A model generated the notes under the pieces. The model was not told the DNA's origin. It did not search any database and worked only from the letters and a program-made list of their open reading frames with translations. A DNA stretch of 63,238 nt, the filler included, from Chthonomonadaceae bacterium (GTDB lineage Bacteria > Armatimonadota > Chthonomonadetes > Chthonomonadales > Chthonomonadaceae): assembly GCA_035650735.1 (NCBI GenBank). It is 3 parts of 3 records of this genome, joined end to end, with 100 filler letters (N's around TTAATTAATTAA, not from the genome) between each part and the next. Parts side by side here need not be neighbours in the genome. Positions count along the whole stretch, not along the records: positions 1 to 31,494 come from DASRGZ010000126.1; positions 31,595 to 59,549 come from DASRGZ010000128.1; 1 more part is not named here. One strand, 5' to 3'. How positions within the stretch are numbered: the first letter of the stretch is position 1; each line of letters starts with the position of its first letter. Of this stretch, positions 28,933-39,644 are shown one piece after another. A program made the translations under genes and the position numbers.

Positions 28933-29075
28933 GCGCGTAGCGACGGGTGGAGTTAGGTCCACCGGGGATGATAAGCCAAAAGGGAAGGTTTCCGCCAGGT
29001 TCGCGGCGAACCTAGGGCGGATGAATTGCGTTCGTCCGCCCGTAAGGGACAAACCGACGGAGGATAGTGCGGATT

Positions 29076-30167
29076 ATGACGGCTTTCAACGGACTCGGCG
29101 TGGGGCTGCATAACGTTTCGCGCCTCTCCCACGCCAAGACGCGCTCCATCAGCGCGGAGAACTTCACCGGTGAAAAAGGCAAGGCGGGCATGGCGACGGA
29201 GGGCACGGGCGCCAACGCCGCCCGCGAACTGGGCCAGGGCTGGAAGGTCTCGCCCTCCATTCATATCCAGCCGCGCCAGACCGTGACATTGGCCGACATT
29301 CAGGGGCCGGGCGCCATCCAGCATTTCTGGAATACCGTTCACCCGGACTGGTGGCGGCGGCTGGTGCTGCGCATGTATTGGGACGGGGAGGCGACGCCCT
29401 CAGTGGAAACGCCGCTGGGCGATTTCTTCTGCAACGGCTGGAGCCAGCGGTGCAATATCGCCTCGCTGCCCATTGCGGTCAATCCGGCGGGCGGCTTCAA
29501 CTCCTATTGGGAGATGCCTTTCCGCCAGTCCGCCCGGATCACCCTCGAAAACCTCACCGACGACACCTGCCACGGCTACTACTACCAGATCACCTACGCG
29601 CTGACCGACGTGCCGGAGGACTGCGCCTACCTTCACGCCCAGTTCCGCCGCTCGAATCCGCTGCCCTACCAGCAGGTGCATACCCTCCTGGAGGGCGTGA
29701 AGGGGCAGGGGCACTACGTCGGCACCTATATTGCCTGGCAGTCCAACAGTCGGGGCTGGTGGGGCGAGGGAGAGATCAAGTTCTACCTGGATGGAGACAC
29801 GGACTTTCCCACCATCTGCGGCACCGGGACGGAGGACTACTTCGGCGGTGCGTGGAACTTCGAGCATCCGCGCGGGCAGTACGGCGTCTTCTCCACGCCC
29901 TTCCTGGGACTGCCGCAGGTGATCATGGCGGGCGAGGGCGACATGTATCAGTCGCAGCAGCGGTTCGGCATGTACCGCTGGCACATCCCCGATCCTATCC
30001 GTTTTGAGCAGGATCTGCGCGTGACCATCCAGGCGCTGGGCTGGCGCAGCGGCGGACGGTATCTTCCGTTGCAGGACGATATTGCCTCGACGGCCTACTG
30101 GTATCAGGCGGAGCCGCACGCGCCGTTCCCGCCCCTGCCCGATAGGAACGGCCTGGAAGTGATCTAG
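29076..30167 (+). CDS. DUF2961 / glycoside hydrolase family 172 protein
   Basis: TRSISAENFTGEKGKAGMA, GPGAIQHFW, WWGEGEIKFYLDGD, GTGTEDYF, YRWHIPDPIRF. Confidence 0.92.
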   Translation: MTAFNGLGVGLHNVSRLSHAKTRSISAENFTGEKGKAGMATEGTGANAARELGQGWKVSPSIHIQPRQTVTLADIQGPGAIQHFWNTVHPDWWRRLVLRMYWDGEATPSVETPLGDFFCNGWSQRCNIASLPIAVNPAGGFNSYWEMPFRQSARITLENLTDDTCHGYYYQITYALTDVPEDCAYLHAQFRRSNPLPYQQVHTLLEGVKGQGHYVGTYIAWQSNSRGWWGEGEIKFYLDGDTDFPTICGTGTEDYFGGAWNFEHPRGQYGVFSTPFLGLPQVIMAGEGDMYQSQQRFGMYRWHIPDPIRFEQDLRVTIQALGWRSGGRYLPLQDDIASTAYWYQAEPHAPFPPLPDRNGLEVI

Positions 30168-30261
30168 TACTCACCCCGGCGAAACACTTTCGCAAGGTCA
30201 AAGCCGCTCCCGTACAAAGTGATCCGCCGGGGAGATAACAAGGGAAAGGAGAACCCAAACG

Positions 30262-31017
30262 ATGCCAGGAACTGGCGTTGTGCGCGTGCTGGTCTGGGAT
30301 GAGAACCCGCCCCATGCCCCGAAAGAGGTCTATCCCCACAGCATCAACGGCGCGGTCGCCGAAGCGTTAAACGAGTTGGGCAACGGGCTGGTCGAGGCTC
30401 GCACGGCCAACCTGGATCAGCCGGAGCAGGGGATTACAGAGGAGGCGTTGCGCCAGACCGATGTGCTGTTCTGGTGGGGCCACGCGCGGCACGGTCAGGT
30501 AAGCGAGGAGACGGCGAGCCGGGTTCGGCAGCATGTCTACGAGCGGGGCATGGGCCTGGTGGCGCTGCATTCGGCGCACTACTCCAAGCCGTTCCAGAGG
30601 GTCTTGCAATGCTCCGGCCATCTCAAAGGCGGCTGGCGCGATACGCAGCCAGCGGATACGGAGGAGATCAGGGTCTGTGCGCCGCGCCATCCCATCGCGG
30701 AAGGCATTTCGGATTTCACGCTGCCGCGCGAGGAGATGTATGGCGCACCGTTTGACGTGCCGCCGTCTCTGTGCCTGGTGTTTCAGTCTTACTTTCCGCT
30801 CGGCGGCGAGTACTTCCCGTGCGGTATCTGCTGGACGGTCGGCCCGGGCAAGACCGAGGGGTTTACCTCCGGGCCGGGGGGCGGCGTCGGCGAGGGGCAG
30901 GGCATCGGGCGCGTGTTCTATTTCCGTCCCGGCCACGAGACCTTCCCGACCTACTTCGACCCGAACGTGCGCCGCGTCCTCTACAACGCGGCCCTCTGGG
31001 CGGGCAAGCGCACCTGA
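30262..31017 (+). CDS. ThuA-like (trehalose utilisation) protein
   Basis: LFWWGHARH, GLVALHSAHYSKPF, EEMYG, FYFRPGHETFPTY. Confidence 0.9.
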   Translation: MPGTGVVRVLVWDENPPHAPKEVYPHSINGAVAEALNELGNGLVEARTANLDQPEQGITEEALRQTDVLFWWGHARHGQVSEETASRVRQHVYERGMGLVALHSAHYSKPFQRVLQCSGHLKGGWRDTQPADTEEIRVCAPRHPIAEGISDFTLPREEMYGAPFDVPPSLCLVFQSYFPLGGEYFPCGICWTVGPGKTEGFTSGPGGGVGEGQGIGRVFYFRPGHETFPTYFDPNVRRVLYNAALWAGKRT

Positions 31018-31054
31018 GCTATGCTGTCTGGCCCCTCGCCCTTCTTGACCTAAT

Positions 31055-31494
31055 CCCCACAGCGGCAGGCTAAACCCTGCCGCTGTGGGGCGCAAAGCGC
31101 CCGTCGCCCACCTACGTGGGCGAAAAACTTTCTGCTTGCGCAGGCATCGCAAGGCGGAGGGGCGAGCCATTGTAGCCCCGACCCTTGCAGTCAGCGGGCC
31201 TCGCTAGGTGTCGCCAGGCGGAGGGCTGTGGCAAGGCGGAGGCAGAGGCCCTAACCCTGCCGACGGCCAGTATTCGCAACCCTTCCACCTTGATATTGAT
31301 GTCGCAAGGCGGAGGCAGAGGCCGTACCCCTGCCGACCCTGGCAGTCCATTGCAGGCCCGACCCTGGCAGTCAGCGGGCCTGGCTAGGCGGAGATCGCCA
31401 GGCAGAGCCGCGAACCGTTGAGCGGCGTCCCTGGCAGTCGAGCGAGCGCAGCGCCGACCCTGGCAGCGCCCCACAGCGGCAGGGTTTAGCCTGC
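31055..31494. repeat. Inverted REP pair enclosing the largest nested bracket cluster (31147-31466); ends at contig break
   Basis: CCCCACAGCGGCAGGCTAAACCCTGCCGCTGTGGGG at left, inverted partial copy at right; at least 6 left and 5 right bracket motifs. Confidence 0.85.
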
Positions 31495-31594
31495 NNNNNN
31501 NNNNNNNNNNNNNNNNNNNNNNNNNNNNNNNNNNNNNNTTAATTAATTAANNNNNNNNNNNNNNNNNNNNNNNNNNNNNNNNNNNNNNNNNNNN
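31495..31594. other. Assembly gap/linker (N44-TTAATTAATTAA-N44)
   Basis: Artificial six-frame-stop linker. Confidence 0.98.
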
Positions 31595-32745
31595 AACTCG
31601 CCGCCCCAGATGACCAGCGTATCCTCCAGCATGCCCCGCTGCTTGAGGTCTTTGAGGAGCGCGCCGATGGGCTGGTCGGACTGGCGGGCCAACTCGCGGT
31701 GCCCAGCCTCGATGTCGTCGTGATTGTCCCAGGGCTGTCCGGCCCCATGATAAAGCTGAATAAAGCGCACGCCCCGCTCCAGCAGGCGGCGGGCGATGAG
31801 GAGTTGGCGGGCATAGACGCCATCGCCATACATCTTGCGAATAGATTCGGGCTCCTTGCTGATGTCGAAGGCGTCGGTGGCGTCCATCTGCATCCGGTAA
31901 GCCAGCTCATAGGAGTGGATGCGGGCCTCTAGCTGGGCGTCCTGCTGGCGCTTTGCCAGGTGCCGCTCGTTCAGCGTGTGCAGCAGGTCGAGCTGCTGGC
32001 GCTGCTCCTGGGGGGACACGAAGTTATTCTTGATGTGCTCGATCATCTCTTCGAGACTGGCTTTGGCGGGGTCAATGTAGACGCCGGCAAAGACGCCAGG
32101 CAGGAAGCCGGCCTGCCAGTTCTGGGTATCCTGGATCGGATAGCCGTGCGGGCACATAGCAATGAAGCCGGGCAGATTCTGGTTCTCTGTGCCTAGCCCG
32201 TAGGTGACCCAGGAGCCCAGGCTGGGCCGGATCAGGCGCCCATCGCCGCAGTTCATCAGGAGCAGGGACGGCTCGTGATTAGGCACGTCGGCGTGCATGG
32301 AGCGGATCACGGCAATATCATCAATGCAGGAGCCGATATGCGGGAATATCTCGCTGACCTCAATGCCGCTCTGACCGCATTTTTTGAAGGCAAAGGGCGA
32401 TTTGAAGGCTGTGCCGGTCTTGCGCTCGGTGGGCAGGTTGCTATAGGGCAACGGCTTGCCATGCATCTTGGTCAGCATCGGCTTGGGGTCAAACGTATCC
32501 ACGTGCGAGGGGCCGCCATTCATAAACAGAAAGAGAACCCGCTTGGCTTTGGCGGGCAGAGGCGGCTTTTTAGGCGCCAGGGGATTGAGGGCAGGAGCCG
32601 CTTTGGCGTGCGCGGTCGGCGCAGCCTGGGCTTCCGAATCGAGCAGGGCGGCCAGCCCAAGCGCTGCAAAGCCGTTACCCATGCGCGCCAGCAGTTCCCG
32701 GCGCGTCAGCAAGAGTTCCTCCCATCGCAGGCGGTGATTCGCCAT
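31595..32745 (-). CDS. DUF1501 family protein (C-terminus lost in gap)
   Basis: TRRELL; FLFMNGGPSHVDTFDPKP; ARRLLERGVRF; WDNH; VIWGGE. Confidence 0.92.
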
Positions 32746-33184
32746 CTCTCTCCTCCCAAACTATACAACATACGCTTATAATCGGGCACGCGCGAAAAGC
32801 CTATCGCGTGCCCTATAATCCATAGGACACACGCCGGCGCGATTGGTAACGACTTTTTTTCACAGCGCCGCGTCGCTTCTTGCTCACTTTTCGATTCCTT
32901 TTAGCAGGAATATCAGCAGCAGGCGGCAAAGTTTAGGCGCATGCAGGCATTGCCCATCGCCTGGAGGCTGCGGCGCGTTCGTGATGATGCGCGCAGTAAA
33001 GACGTTCCCCAGCCTCTTCTTTCTCCCTTTTTGGTCGTGACGTAAATTTAGTATCTTTAGACGTAAAAGCTTTACGTGTGGAATAGTAATTCCAGTAGGA
33101 ATAGCTGTCGGTGTCAGAGACGTCTACATCATCAGGCAGGGCGCGCTCTTTCGGCAAGCCGCAGCACCCTCTGGCATGAAAATG

Positions 33185-33290
33185 CCTCTCCCCTCTCCTG
33201 CAGCGTGGGAGAGGGGTTGGGGGTGAGGGCCGCTCCCCTCTCCTTGCGAAGGAGAGGGGCCGGGGGGGGGAGGTCTAATGGAGGTGAGGT
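33185..33290. repeat. Tandem REP hairpins
   Basis: CCCCTCTCC-TGCAGCGTG-GGAGAGGGG then CCCCTCTCCTT-GCG-AAGGAGAGGGG. Confidence 0.85.
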
Positions 33291-33322
33291 CTATTTCACA
33301 CGCAGGGTGTCACCCAGTAATA

Positions 33323-33363
33323 TTGACACCTGAATGGAATCTGCTCATAATGCATATTATGAG
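33323..33363 (+). promoter_or_regulatory. Sigma-70 promoter with palindrome overlapping the -10
   Basis: TTGACA(33323)-17 bp-CATAAT(33346); CTCATAAT-GCAT-ATTATGAG at 33344-33363. Confidence 0.65.
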
Positions 33364-33521
33364 GTAATTATTTTTCTCCGCGCCCGGCCCCGCCGGTTGG
33401 TGGGGCAAGGCCCTGTTAGCGCTCTGGCTGACAGCAGGGCCGCCTGCTATCTTGATAACAGGCTCTTATTCTTGTCTTTCTTGCAGGTCATTTGCACGGC
33501 GCGGAGGTGGAGGGTCTATTG

Positions 33522-35180
33522 ATGCTCTGTAAATGGTGCGGAATGGAGAGTGAAACCACGGACCGGTGCAGCTGGTGCCATCGGGAGTTCACGACCCAAT
33601 CCGCCACTACCAGTGATGTTCCCGGCGTGCCGGGAACCGCTCCGGAGGTGGCTCCCGAACGCGAGCAGACCACCGCATCTGCCTACGCCGACGCGCCCCC
33701 CGTGACCAGGGACGCGCCGCAGGCCCTATCCGCGCACGAGGCGCCCACGCCCTCCCAGGAAGAGGAAGCCGCTTCGCCTCATGCGCCCTGGCTGGTCTCC
33801 GGGCCGGCCCCGGCAGAAGAGGCCGCGCCCTCTAACCCACCGTCGGCGCCTAGCGCCCCCCGGCCTTCTCCCATCCTTGTGGATGGGAAACGTCCCATTA
33901 TTGGCGTGCGGCGCCCTGGCAGCGCCGGCAAAGGCGGGAGCGCCCCGGCCCAATCCGTGCCGCCGTCTGCTGCCGCGCCCACCCACACGCAGACTCCGCC
34001 CCCATCGGTCTCCAGGCCGACGCTGGCGAGCGGCCCCTCGTCCCATATTCCGGCGCCGCCCATCCCGGCCGCAACGCCGCATCCGCCGATTGACCTTAAG
34101 CGAGCGGGCGAGCCGACAACGCCACACCATGCGCCCGCGCCGCCCGTGCCGCCCGCCGCGCCAACGATACCCGGCGTCCGGGGCCGCCAGGCGGTGCCGT
34201 TGAACCCGCAAGCCGCGCCTGCCGCGCCGCCTGCGTCCGCGATACCGCCGGTCAGAGGCAGCAGCGCGCCGGCGGCCGCTCCGGATTCGACACTGCGCCC
34301 ATCCACGGCCTCGCCGCGCCCTGCGGTGCCCGCCGCGTTAATCGGCGGAGCGACGACTCCGACCGTCCGCATGCCGGCCGGGCAGCCGGGCGTCGCCCAG
34401 ACGGCGGCAGCCACCGCGCCTGCGGCTTCACTACCGCAGACGAAATCGGCGCCCGTGTTGCTGGGCGATGTTGAGGACAGCCCGCCTCCCTCCCCGGTGC
34501 AGGCCGCTGCCGAGCTGCATGTGCCGCCGTTTGGGACGTTCCAGCCGGTCAAATCCAAATACTATACCGGGCAGGTGATCGATCCGATCTCCGGCACACA
34601 CTACGATGCGGAGACCGGCCTGCCCACCAACGTCAACGGCTCCCACCCGGCCAGCAAGAACGGGCAGGATATCGTGCTCCACTGGGACGACTCTCCGGCT
34701 ATGGACGCCATGCAGCTCATGCGCTATGCCGGCGTGTTTGCCCTCATCCTGGCGGTGGCCGGATTCATGGCGCACGCCCTGCCGAACCTTTATGTGGTGC
34801 CGCTGCTTGCCTCCCAGTTCCTGGGCGGGCTGCTACTGCCGCTCATGAAGGTGGTGCCCTGGGCCGAAGATGACTCAGACCACATCTTCCTGTTCTTCCT
34901 GTTGACGCTGGCGCTGGGGCCCATGGTCGCCCTGATCGCCTATGGCGTGATCAGCCTGTTGCGTCAGGACGCCAGCCCTGGCATGGTCGGCTGCCTGTCG
35001 GTCGCCTTTCTGGCCCAGGTTGCTGTGGGAATGGCTGCCGGCGACTTTAGCTGGAGCCGGCTGACGCCGTTCTCCCAGATGGGCCATTTTGAAGTCGGGA
35101 CGCTCTTTCTCAACTGGTCGGGGCTGCTGGCGCTGGCGGGCTGGTATACGGCCAGCATATTCCGCAGACCCGACGAATGA
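33522..35180 (+). CDS. Hypothetical membrane protein: N-terminal zinc ribbon, long Pro/Ala-rich linker, about 6 C-terminal TM helices
   Basis: CKWC...CSWC; GGAGG RBS; hydrophobic C-terminus. Confidence 0.8.
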   Translation: MLCKWCGMESETTDRCSWCHREFTTQSATTSDVPGVPGTAPEVAPEREQTTASAYADAPPVTRDAPQALSAHEAPTPSQEEEAASPHAPWLVSGPAPAEEAAPSNPPSAPSAPRPSPILVDGKRPIIGVRRPGSAGKGGSAPAQSVPPSAAAPTHTQTPPPSVSRPTLASGPSSHIPAPPIPAATPHPPIDLKRAGEPTTPHHAPAPPVPPAAPTIPGVRGRQAVPLNPQAAPAAPPASAIPPVRGSSAPAAAPDSTLRPSTASPRPAVPAALIGGATTPTVRMPAGQPGVAQTAAATAPAASLPQTKSAPVLLGDVEDSPPPSPVQAAAELHVPPFGTFQPVKSKYYTGQVIDPISGTHYDAETGLPTNVNGSHPASKNGQDIVLHWDDSPAMDAMQLMRYAGVFALILAVAGFMAHALPNLYVVPLLASQFLGGLLLPLMKVVPWAEDDSDHIFLFFLLTLALGPMVALIAYGVISLLRQDASPGMVGCLSVAFLAQVAVGMAAGDFSWSRLTPFSQMGHFEVGTLFLNWSGLLALAGWYTASIFRRPDE

Positions 35181-35326
35181 GGATCCGCGCGCGGCGACCG
35201 GCGAAGCCTGCTCTCTGCCGGGAATAATGCCGCCCATTCTTCCATGCGCGGCAGGTCGTGCTTCCTGCCGCGCCCTTTTCATCTCTGGATCGCCTGGCAA
35301 GCAGGGGCGTTCTGCTTTCTTTGCGG

Positions 35327-35675
35327 GTGGCTAAAGCCGCAGCAACAAGGGCACCTAACCCCCCGGCCCCCTTCCCTGATGCGTTCGCTTCGCTCACAGG
35401 GAAGGGGATTCCCCGGCTTCTGTTCCCCCTTCTCCCTTGCAGGGAGAAGGGACGGGGAGGAGGGGAAATAAAGCAGAACGGAAAGATCCTGGGAGTGAAG
35501 GCCACTCCCCTCTCCTTAGGAAGGAGAGGGGAAGGGGTGAGATCTCTCCCCTCTGCCGCAGCGCCGGGGGGCGCCAGGCGGAGGGGTGTCGCAAGGCAGA
35601 GCCGCGAACCGTTGAGCGGCGTCCCTGGCAGTCCGTTGAGCGCCGACCCTGGCAGTGGGAAGGGGGTGAGGGCCG
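35327..35675. repeat. REP mosaic including bracket cluster 35571-35655
   Basis: GGCTAAAGCCGCAGCAACA (also at 8508), three CCCCT/AGGGG-type hairpins, L-L-R-R bracket. Confidence 0.85.
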
Positions 35676-35700
35676 CAGCAGGAATGCAAGGAGGGGCTGA

Positions 35701-35877
35701 GTGGTGAACTGGGAGCATGTGGGCTACGCACTGCTCTGCGTGGCGGTGCCGGTCATCTGGGGACTGATCGTGTTCTGGCTAGCCAACCATATCGAAAAGC
35801 GCGTGCTGGAGCGTGGCCATCGCAGGGGGCAGGACGACCGGAGCGCGACGATGCCGCCGCTGGACTACCACATTTAG
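35701..35877 (+). CDS. 58-aa single-TM small protein
   Basis: (M)VNWEHVGYALLCVAVPVIWGLIVFWLANHIEKRVLERGHRRGQDDRSATMPPLDYHI*; AGGAGG RBS; below ORF-track cutoff. Confidence 0.7.
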   Translation: MVNWEHVGYALLCVAVPVIWGLIVFWLANHIEKRVLERGHRRGQDDRSATMPPLDYHI

Positions 35878-36052
35878 AACCCGCTGTGAAATCCCTGGAA
35901 CCCGGCCGAGAAACCGCTGCAACGCAGGTTCGAAACTATACAAACGCAGTTGTGCAAATGCACGAACGGCGGGCCGCCCGATTTGCCGGACGGCCCGCCG
36001 CAGTCAAGACCAACTATTCCATATTTAGGGGCCGCAACGTCAGACAAAGCGG

Positions 36053-36946
36053 CTATTCGATGATATAGTTACGAAGGTCGCGCCGCTTGGCTGCAAACTT
36101 TAGCTTCTTTAGCGCCTGCGCCTCAATCTGACGCACGCGCTCGCGGGAAATGTGCAGCTTTTCGCCGATCTCCTGTAACACCTGGGCCGAATCCTCGTCA
36201 AAGCCGAGCCGCTTGCGCATGATCTCGCGCTCACGCGGGGTCAGCACCTGGAGCAGCTGGGCCAACTCCCTCTGGATCTCGGCATCTACCACCATATCCT
36301 CCGGGTCGGCGGCGTTGCGGTCGTTGATGAGGGCGGCCAGCGTCGTGTTCTCTTCATCCCCGACCAGCATATCCAGCGAGACCGGCTCCTGGCTGGCCTG
36401 CAACAGAGCGGTGACCTTGCGCATCGAAAGCCCCATGCGCTGGGCCAGCTGCTCGGGGCTGGGCTCCTCGCCCTGCTCGCGGAAAAGCAGCGCGCGCATC
36501 CGCTCCAATTTGCGCAGTGTTTCGGAGACGTGAGCGGGAATGCGGATCGCTTTGGCCTTGTTGTCAATGGCGCGGCTGATCGCCTGCCGAATCCAGTGCG
36601 TGGCGTAGGTGCTGAAGCGGTAGCCTTTGCTCGGATCGTAGCGCTCCGCCGCCGTCATCAGCCCGATGGCGCCCTCCTGCACCAGATCCTCGAACGGCAC
36701 CAGCGGGTTGTGATAGTTCTTGGCGATGTTGATGACAAGCCGCATATTTGCCTCGACCAGCCGGTCTTTGGCCCGCCGGTCGCCACGGCGAATGCGGTCC
36801 GACAGCTCGATTTCCTCCTGAGAAGACAGCAGGCGTTCGCGGGTCAGCCGGGAAATATAGGAGTGGGCTTCGCCGCCACGCGGCAAGGTCTCATCGTTGT
36901 CGTCCCACTTCTCCAGGAGCGTGGGTTTGTCAAATGGTGTGTTCAT
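36053..36946 (-). CDS. Sigma-70 family factor, RpoD/RpoS-like, lacking region 1.1
   Basis: LVEANMRLVINIAK, DLVQEGAIGL, RFSTYATHWIRQAI, SRERVRQIE. Confidence 0.95.
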   Translation of the reverse strand: MNTPFDKPTLLEKWDDNDETLPRGGEAHSYISRLTRERLLSSQEEIELSDRIRRGDRRAKDRLVEANMRLVINIAKNYHNPLVPFEDLVQEGAIGLMTAAERYDPSKGYRFSTYATHWIRQAISRAIDNKAKAIRIPAHVSETLRKLERMRALLFREQGEEPSPEQLAQRMGLSMRKVTALLQASQEPVSLDMLVGDEENTTLAALINDRNAADPEDMVVDAEIQRELAQLLQVLTPREREIMRKRLGFDEDSAQVLQEIGEKLHISRERVRQIEAQALKKLKFAAKRRDLRNYIIE

Positions 36947-37289
36947 GGTTGTGCGGGCACTCCTTTTCTCCGCTCGCTCTGCGGGGTGTCGGGATCGGGC
37001 GACTGACTCAGGAACAGAACTGACGCGCCAGAGGCAAGGCGCGCTTCCCGACGGCGAGCGCGGAGGGCGATCTTTCTCGCCGAGCGCTGAATAGTTGTTC
37101 CATAGCTCACTGCGAGCCTGTAGTCCTTGGGCTTCCTGCCGAAAAATCCGGCAATTCGCTCAAGAGGCTACCACTACTAAAGACGGAAACGCGGCACGCT
37201 TTGTTACCTCTGTGGCTGTGAACTTGGACACAGCCCAGTTGTCTACTTGCTCACAGCGTCCGTCTTTTCGGAAAGGTCAGAGAACTGCG

Positions 37290-39560
37290 ATGTTGTCGTT
37301 ACGCTCCTTTCTTGCCGCCCTGGCGTTGGGCGGCGCTGCGTTCGCGTTCTCTGCGAGCGGGAACCAGACCATGACACACGCAACGCAAAGGAATAAAAGA
37401 ATGAATGCTTTGCCTTCGTATCCGCACACGATTCTGGTAGGTCCGTTCGCACAAGACGTCGCGACGATCTCTACTTCTTTAGACGGCCTGCCCGCAGAGA
37501 AAGTTCTGAGCGTGGCCTGCGCTGCCGGGGGCGCGGTCTATGCCGGAACTCCTTCCGGCCTGGCCCGTTGGGATGCCGCCACAGGGCGCTGGAAAGCCAT
37601 CGCTGCCGGCCCGCTGGCCTCGGCCCCGATCCATTGGCTGCGCTCGGCCCGCGACGGCGGCCTGTGGGCAGGTACCCTGCAAGATGTGTACCATTTTGCT
37701 ACAAACGCGCCTGAATTTCCCGACCGCCATCTGTCCGTGACCGAGACAGTCGATCTTGCCGAGGATGCGAGCGAGGCAGGCCGTTACTATCTCCTCACAC
37801 GCCATACGTTCCTTGACAGCAAAAACCATGCCGAAGTTGCGCTGCCAGGGCACGCTGTGGGGCAAGCCTTGACCCTGAACGCGGAAGGAAGCCCGATCAT
37901 CGCCACAGACCGGGGGCTGTTCCGTTACGCTGACGCGAAGCTGCGTCCCCTGGCCCCCGAAAGCGCCGGCGCCAATGTTTCCGGCAGACTCCTCGACTCG
38001 AACGTGCAGGACGTCGCCGCCGATGCCCACGGCGGGCTCTGGGTGGCCACGCCCCGCGGGATAGATTACTATACGGGAGATGCCTGGCTCGAAATTAGCG
38101 GCAAAGACGGCCTGCCGGTACTAAATATTCGACGACTGGCTCTGAGTGCCGATGGCGCCCTCTGGGCCGGCACGGATCGCGGGGTCGCGCGGCTGGCCGG
38201 AGGCAAATGGCGCTACTACGCGGGAAGGCGATGGCTGCCAGATGACACGGTCAACGCCCTTGCCGCGGTCCCGGACGGCAGCGCCTGGATCGCCACCGAT
38301 GCCGGCCTCTCCCAGATCGCCTTTCGCACCCTGACGTTTGCCCAGAAGGCGGACCACTATGAGCAGATCACGGCGGCACGGCATAACCGGGACGGCTTCG
38401 TCACCGATTGCCGCCTGACCCGCCCCGGCGACTACACCAGTTTCCTCTACGAAGCCAGCGATAACGATGGCCTCTGGACCTCCCTCTATGTCTGCGCGGA
38501 GAGCTTCCGCTACGCCGTGACCCGCGACCCGGCGGCCCGGCAGCGCGCGCAAAAGAGCCTGAAGGCGCTGCTGGAGCTGGTGCGCGTCACCGGCATTCCC
38601 GGCTTTCCCGCCCGCGCCATCCTTCGCAAGGGCGAGCGCGCGATCCAGTCCGATCCCGGCCCGAACTGGTATCCCTCGCCCGTCGAGCCGGATATCCTCT
38701 ACAAGGACGATACCTCCTCGGATGAGATAGACGGCCACTATCTGGCCTGGTATGTCTATAGCGCGCTGGTCGCGGACGCGGCGGAAAAACAGGCCATCGC
38801 CCAGACCTGCCGCGCCGTCACCAACCACATCCTAGATCATCACTACACACTTGTCGGCCCAACCGGAAAGCCTACGCGCTGGGGAGTCTGGAGCCCGGAA
38901 TCGCTTAACGCCGACCCGGAGTGGGCAGAAGAGCGCGGGCTGAATTCGCTGGAGATTCTCTCCCATCTCAAGGTCGCCATCCATCTCTGCGGCGACCGGC
39001 GGTTCCAGGACGCTTACCGGGATCTGATCGCAAAGCACCACTACGCCCTCAATACCGTCCTTCAGAAGCGGCTGCCGCCGGAGGGCGAGAACAATCATTC
39101 GGACGACGAGCTGGCCGCCTGCGCCTACTATCCGCTGCTGCAACTGGAAACCGATCCGCAGTTGCGCGCGCTCTATCTGCTGAGCCTGGAGCGCACCTGG
39201 AATATCCTGCGTCCGGAGCGCTCGCCGTTCCATAACGTTATCTATGGGGCCTGTACGGGCTGGCCCTGCGACGCCGAGGCGGCGGCCCAATGGCTGCGGG
39301 ATGCGCCGCTGGATCTGCGCGGCTGGGCCATGATCAACAGCCACCGCGCCGATGTGCGCTTTGACGATGCGGCGGGCCGCTTCGGGGAGAAGCAGTTGAC
39401 GCGCGCCCTCCCGCCCAACGAGGTGCGCGCTGCCAAGTGGAACCATAACCCTTACGTCCCCGATTATGGCGGCGATGGCGGCACCGAGGAGGACGGCGCC
39501 TTCTGGCTGTTGCCCTACTGGATGGGCCGCTATCACGGCATCTTCGGCGAGGCTCCCTGA
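37290..39560 (+). CDS. Secreted protein: beta-propeller (Reg_prop-like) plus helical, probably catalytic, C-terminal domain
   Basis: Signal peptide; repeated DGxLWxGT blades; SDNDGLWT, DTSSDEIDGH; start re-assigned to 37290. Confidence 0.75.
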   Translation: MLSLRSFLAALALGGAAFAFSASGNQTMTHATQRNKRMNALPSYPHTILVGPFAQDVATISTSLDGLPAEKVLSVACAAGGAVYAGTPSGLARWDAATGRWKAIAAGPLASAPIHWLRSARDGGLWAGTLQDVYHFATNAPEFPDRHLSVTETVDLAEDASEAGRYYLLTRHTFLDSKNHAEVALPGHAVGQALTLNAEGSPIIATDRGLFRYADAKLRPLAPESAGANVSGRLLDSNVQDVAADAHGGLWVATPRGIDYYTGDAWLEISGKDGLPVLNIRRLALSADGALWAGTDRGVARLAGGKWRYYAGRRWLPDDTVNALAAVPDGSAWIATDAGLSQIAFRTLTFAQKADHYEQITAARHNRDGFVTDCRLTRPGDYTSFLYEASDNDGLWTSLYVCAESFRYAVTRDPAARQRAQKSLKALLELVRVTGIPGFPARAILRKGERAIQSDPGPNWYPSPVEPDILYKDDTSSDEIDGHYLAWYVYSALVADAAEKQAIAQTCRAVTNHILDHHYTLVGPTGKPTRWGVWSPESLNADPEWAEERGLNSLEILSHLKVAIHLCGDRRFQDAYRDLIAKHHYALNTVLQKRLPPEGENNHSDDELAACAYYPLLQLETDPQLRALYLLSLERTWNILRPERSPFHNVIYGACTGWPCDAEAAAQWLRDAPLDLRGWAMINSHRADVRFDDAAGRFGEKQLTRALPPNEVRAAKWNHNPYVPDYGGDGGTEEDGAFWLLPYWMGRYHGIFGEAP

Positions 39561-39644
39561 TCGCAAACCAATGGAGCCGCCGCCAGGGCTAAGTTCGTAC
39601 TTTGACGAGAAGGAGAAACTGCGGAGATTGGCCCGGCGTCTACT

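Noticed and set aside
31147..31466. Bracket cluster as a CRISPR array or as canonical kink-turns
   Set aside because: No constant period and the inter-repeat segments recur elsewhere; the GA/GA internal loop does not fit kink-turn register cleanly
31495..31594. TTAATTAATTAA palindrome within N runs (also 59550-59649)
   Set aside because: Artificial six-frame-stop linker; adjacency across it is unproven
32933..33157. 74-aa minus-strand ORF in AT-rich DNA
   Set aside because: No RBS, atypical codon usage; more likely promoter region
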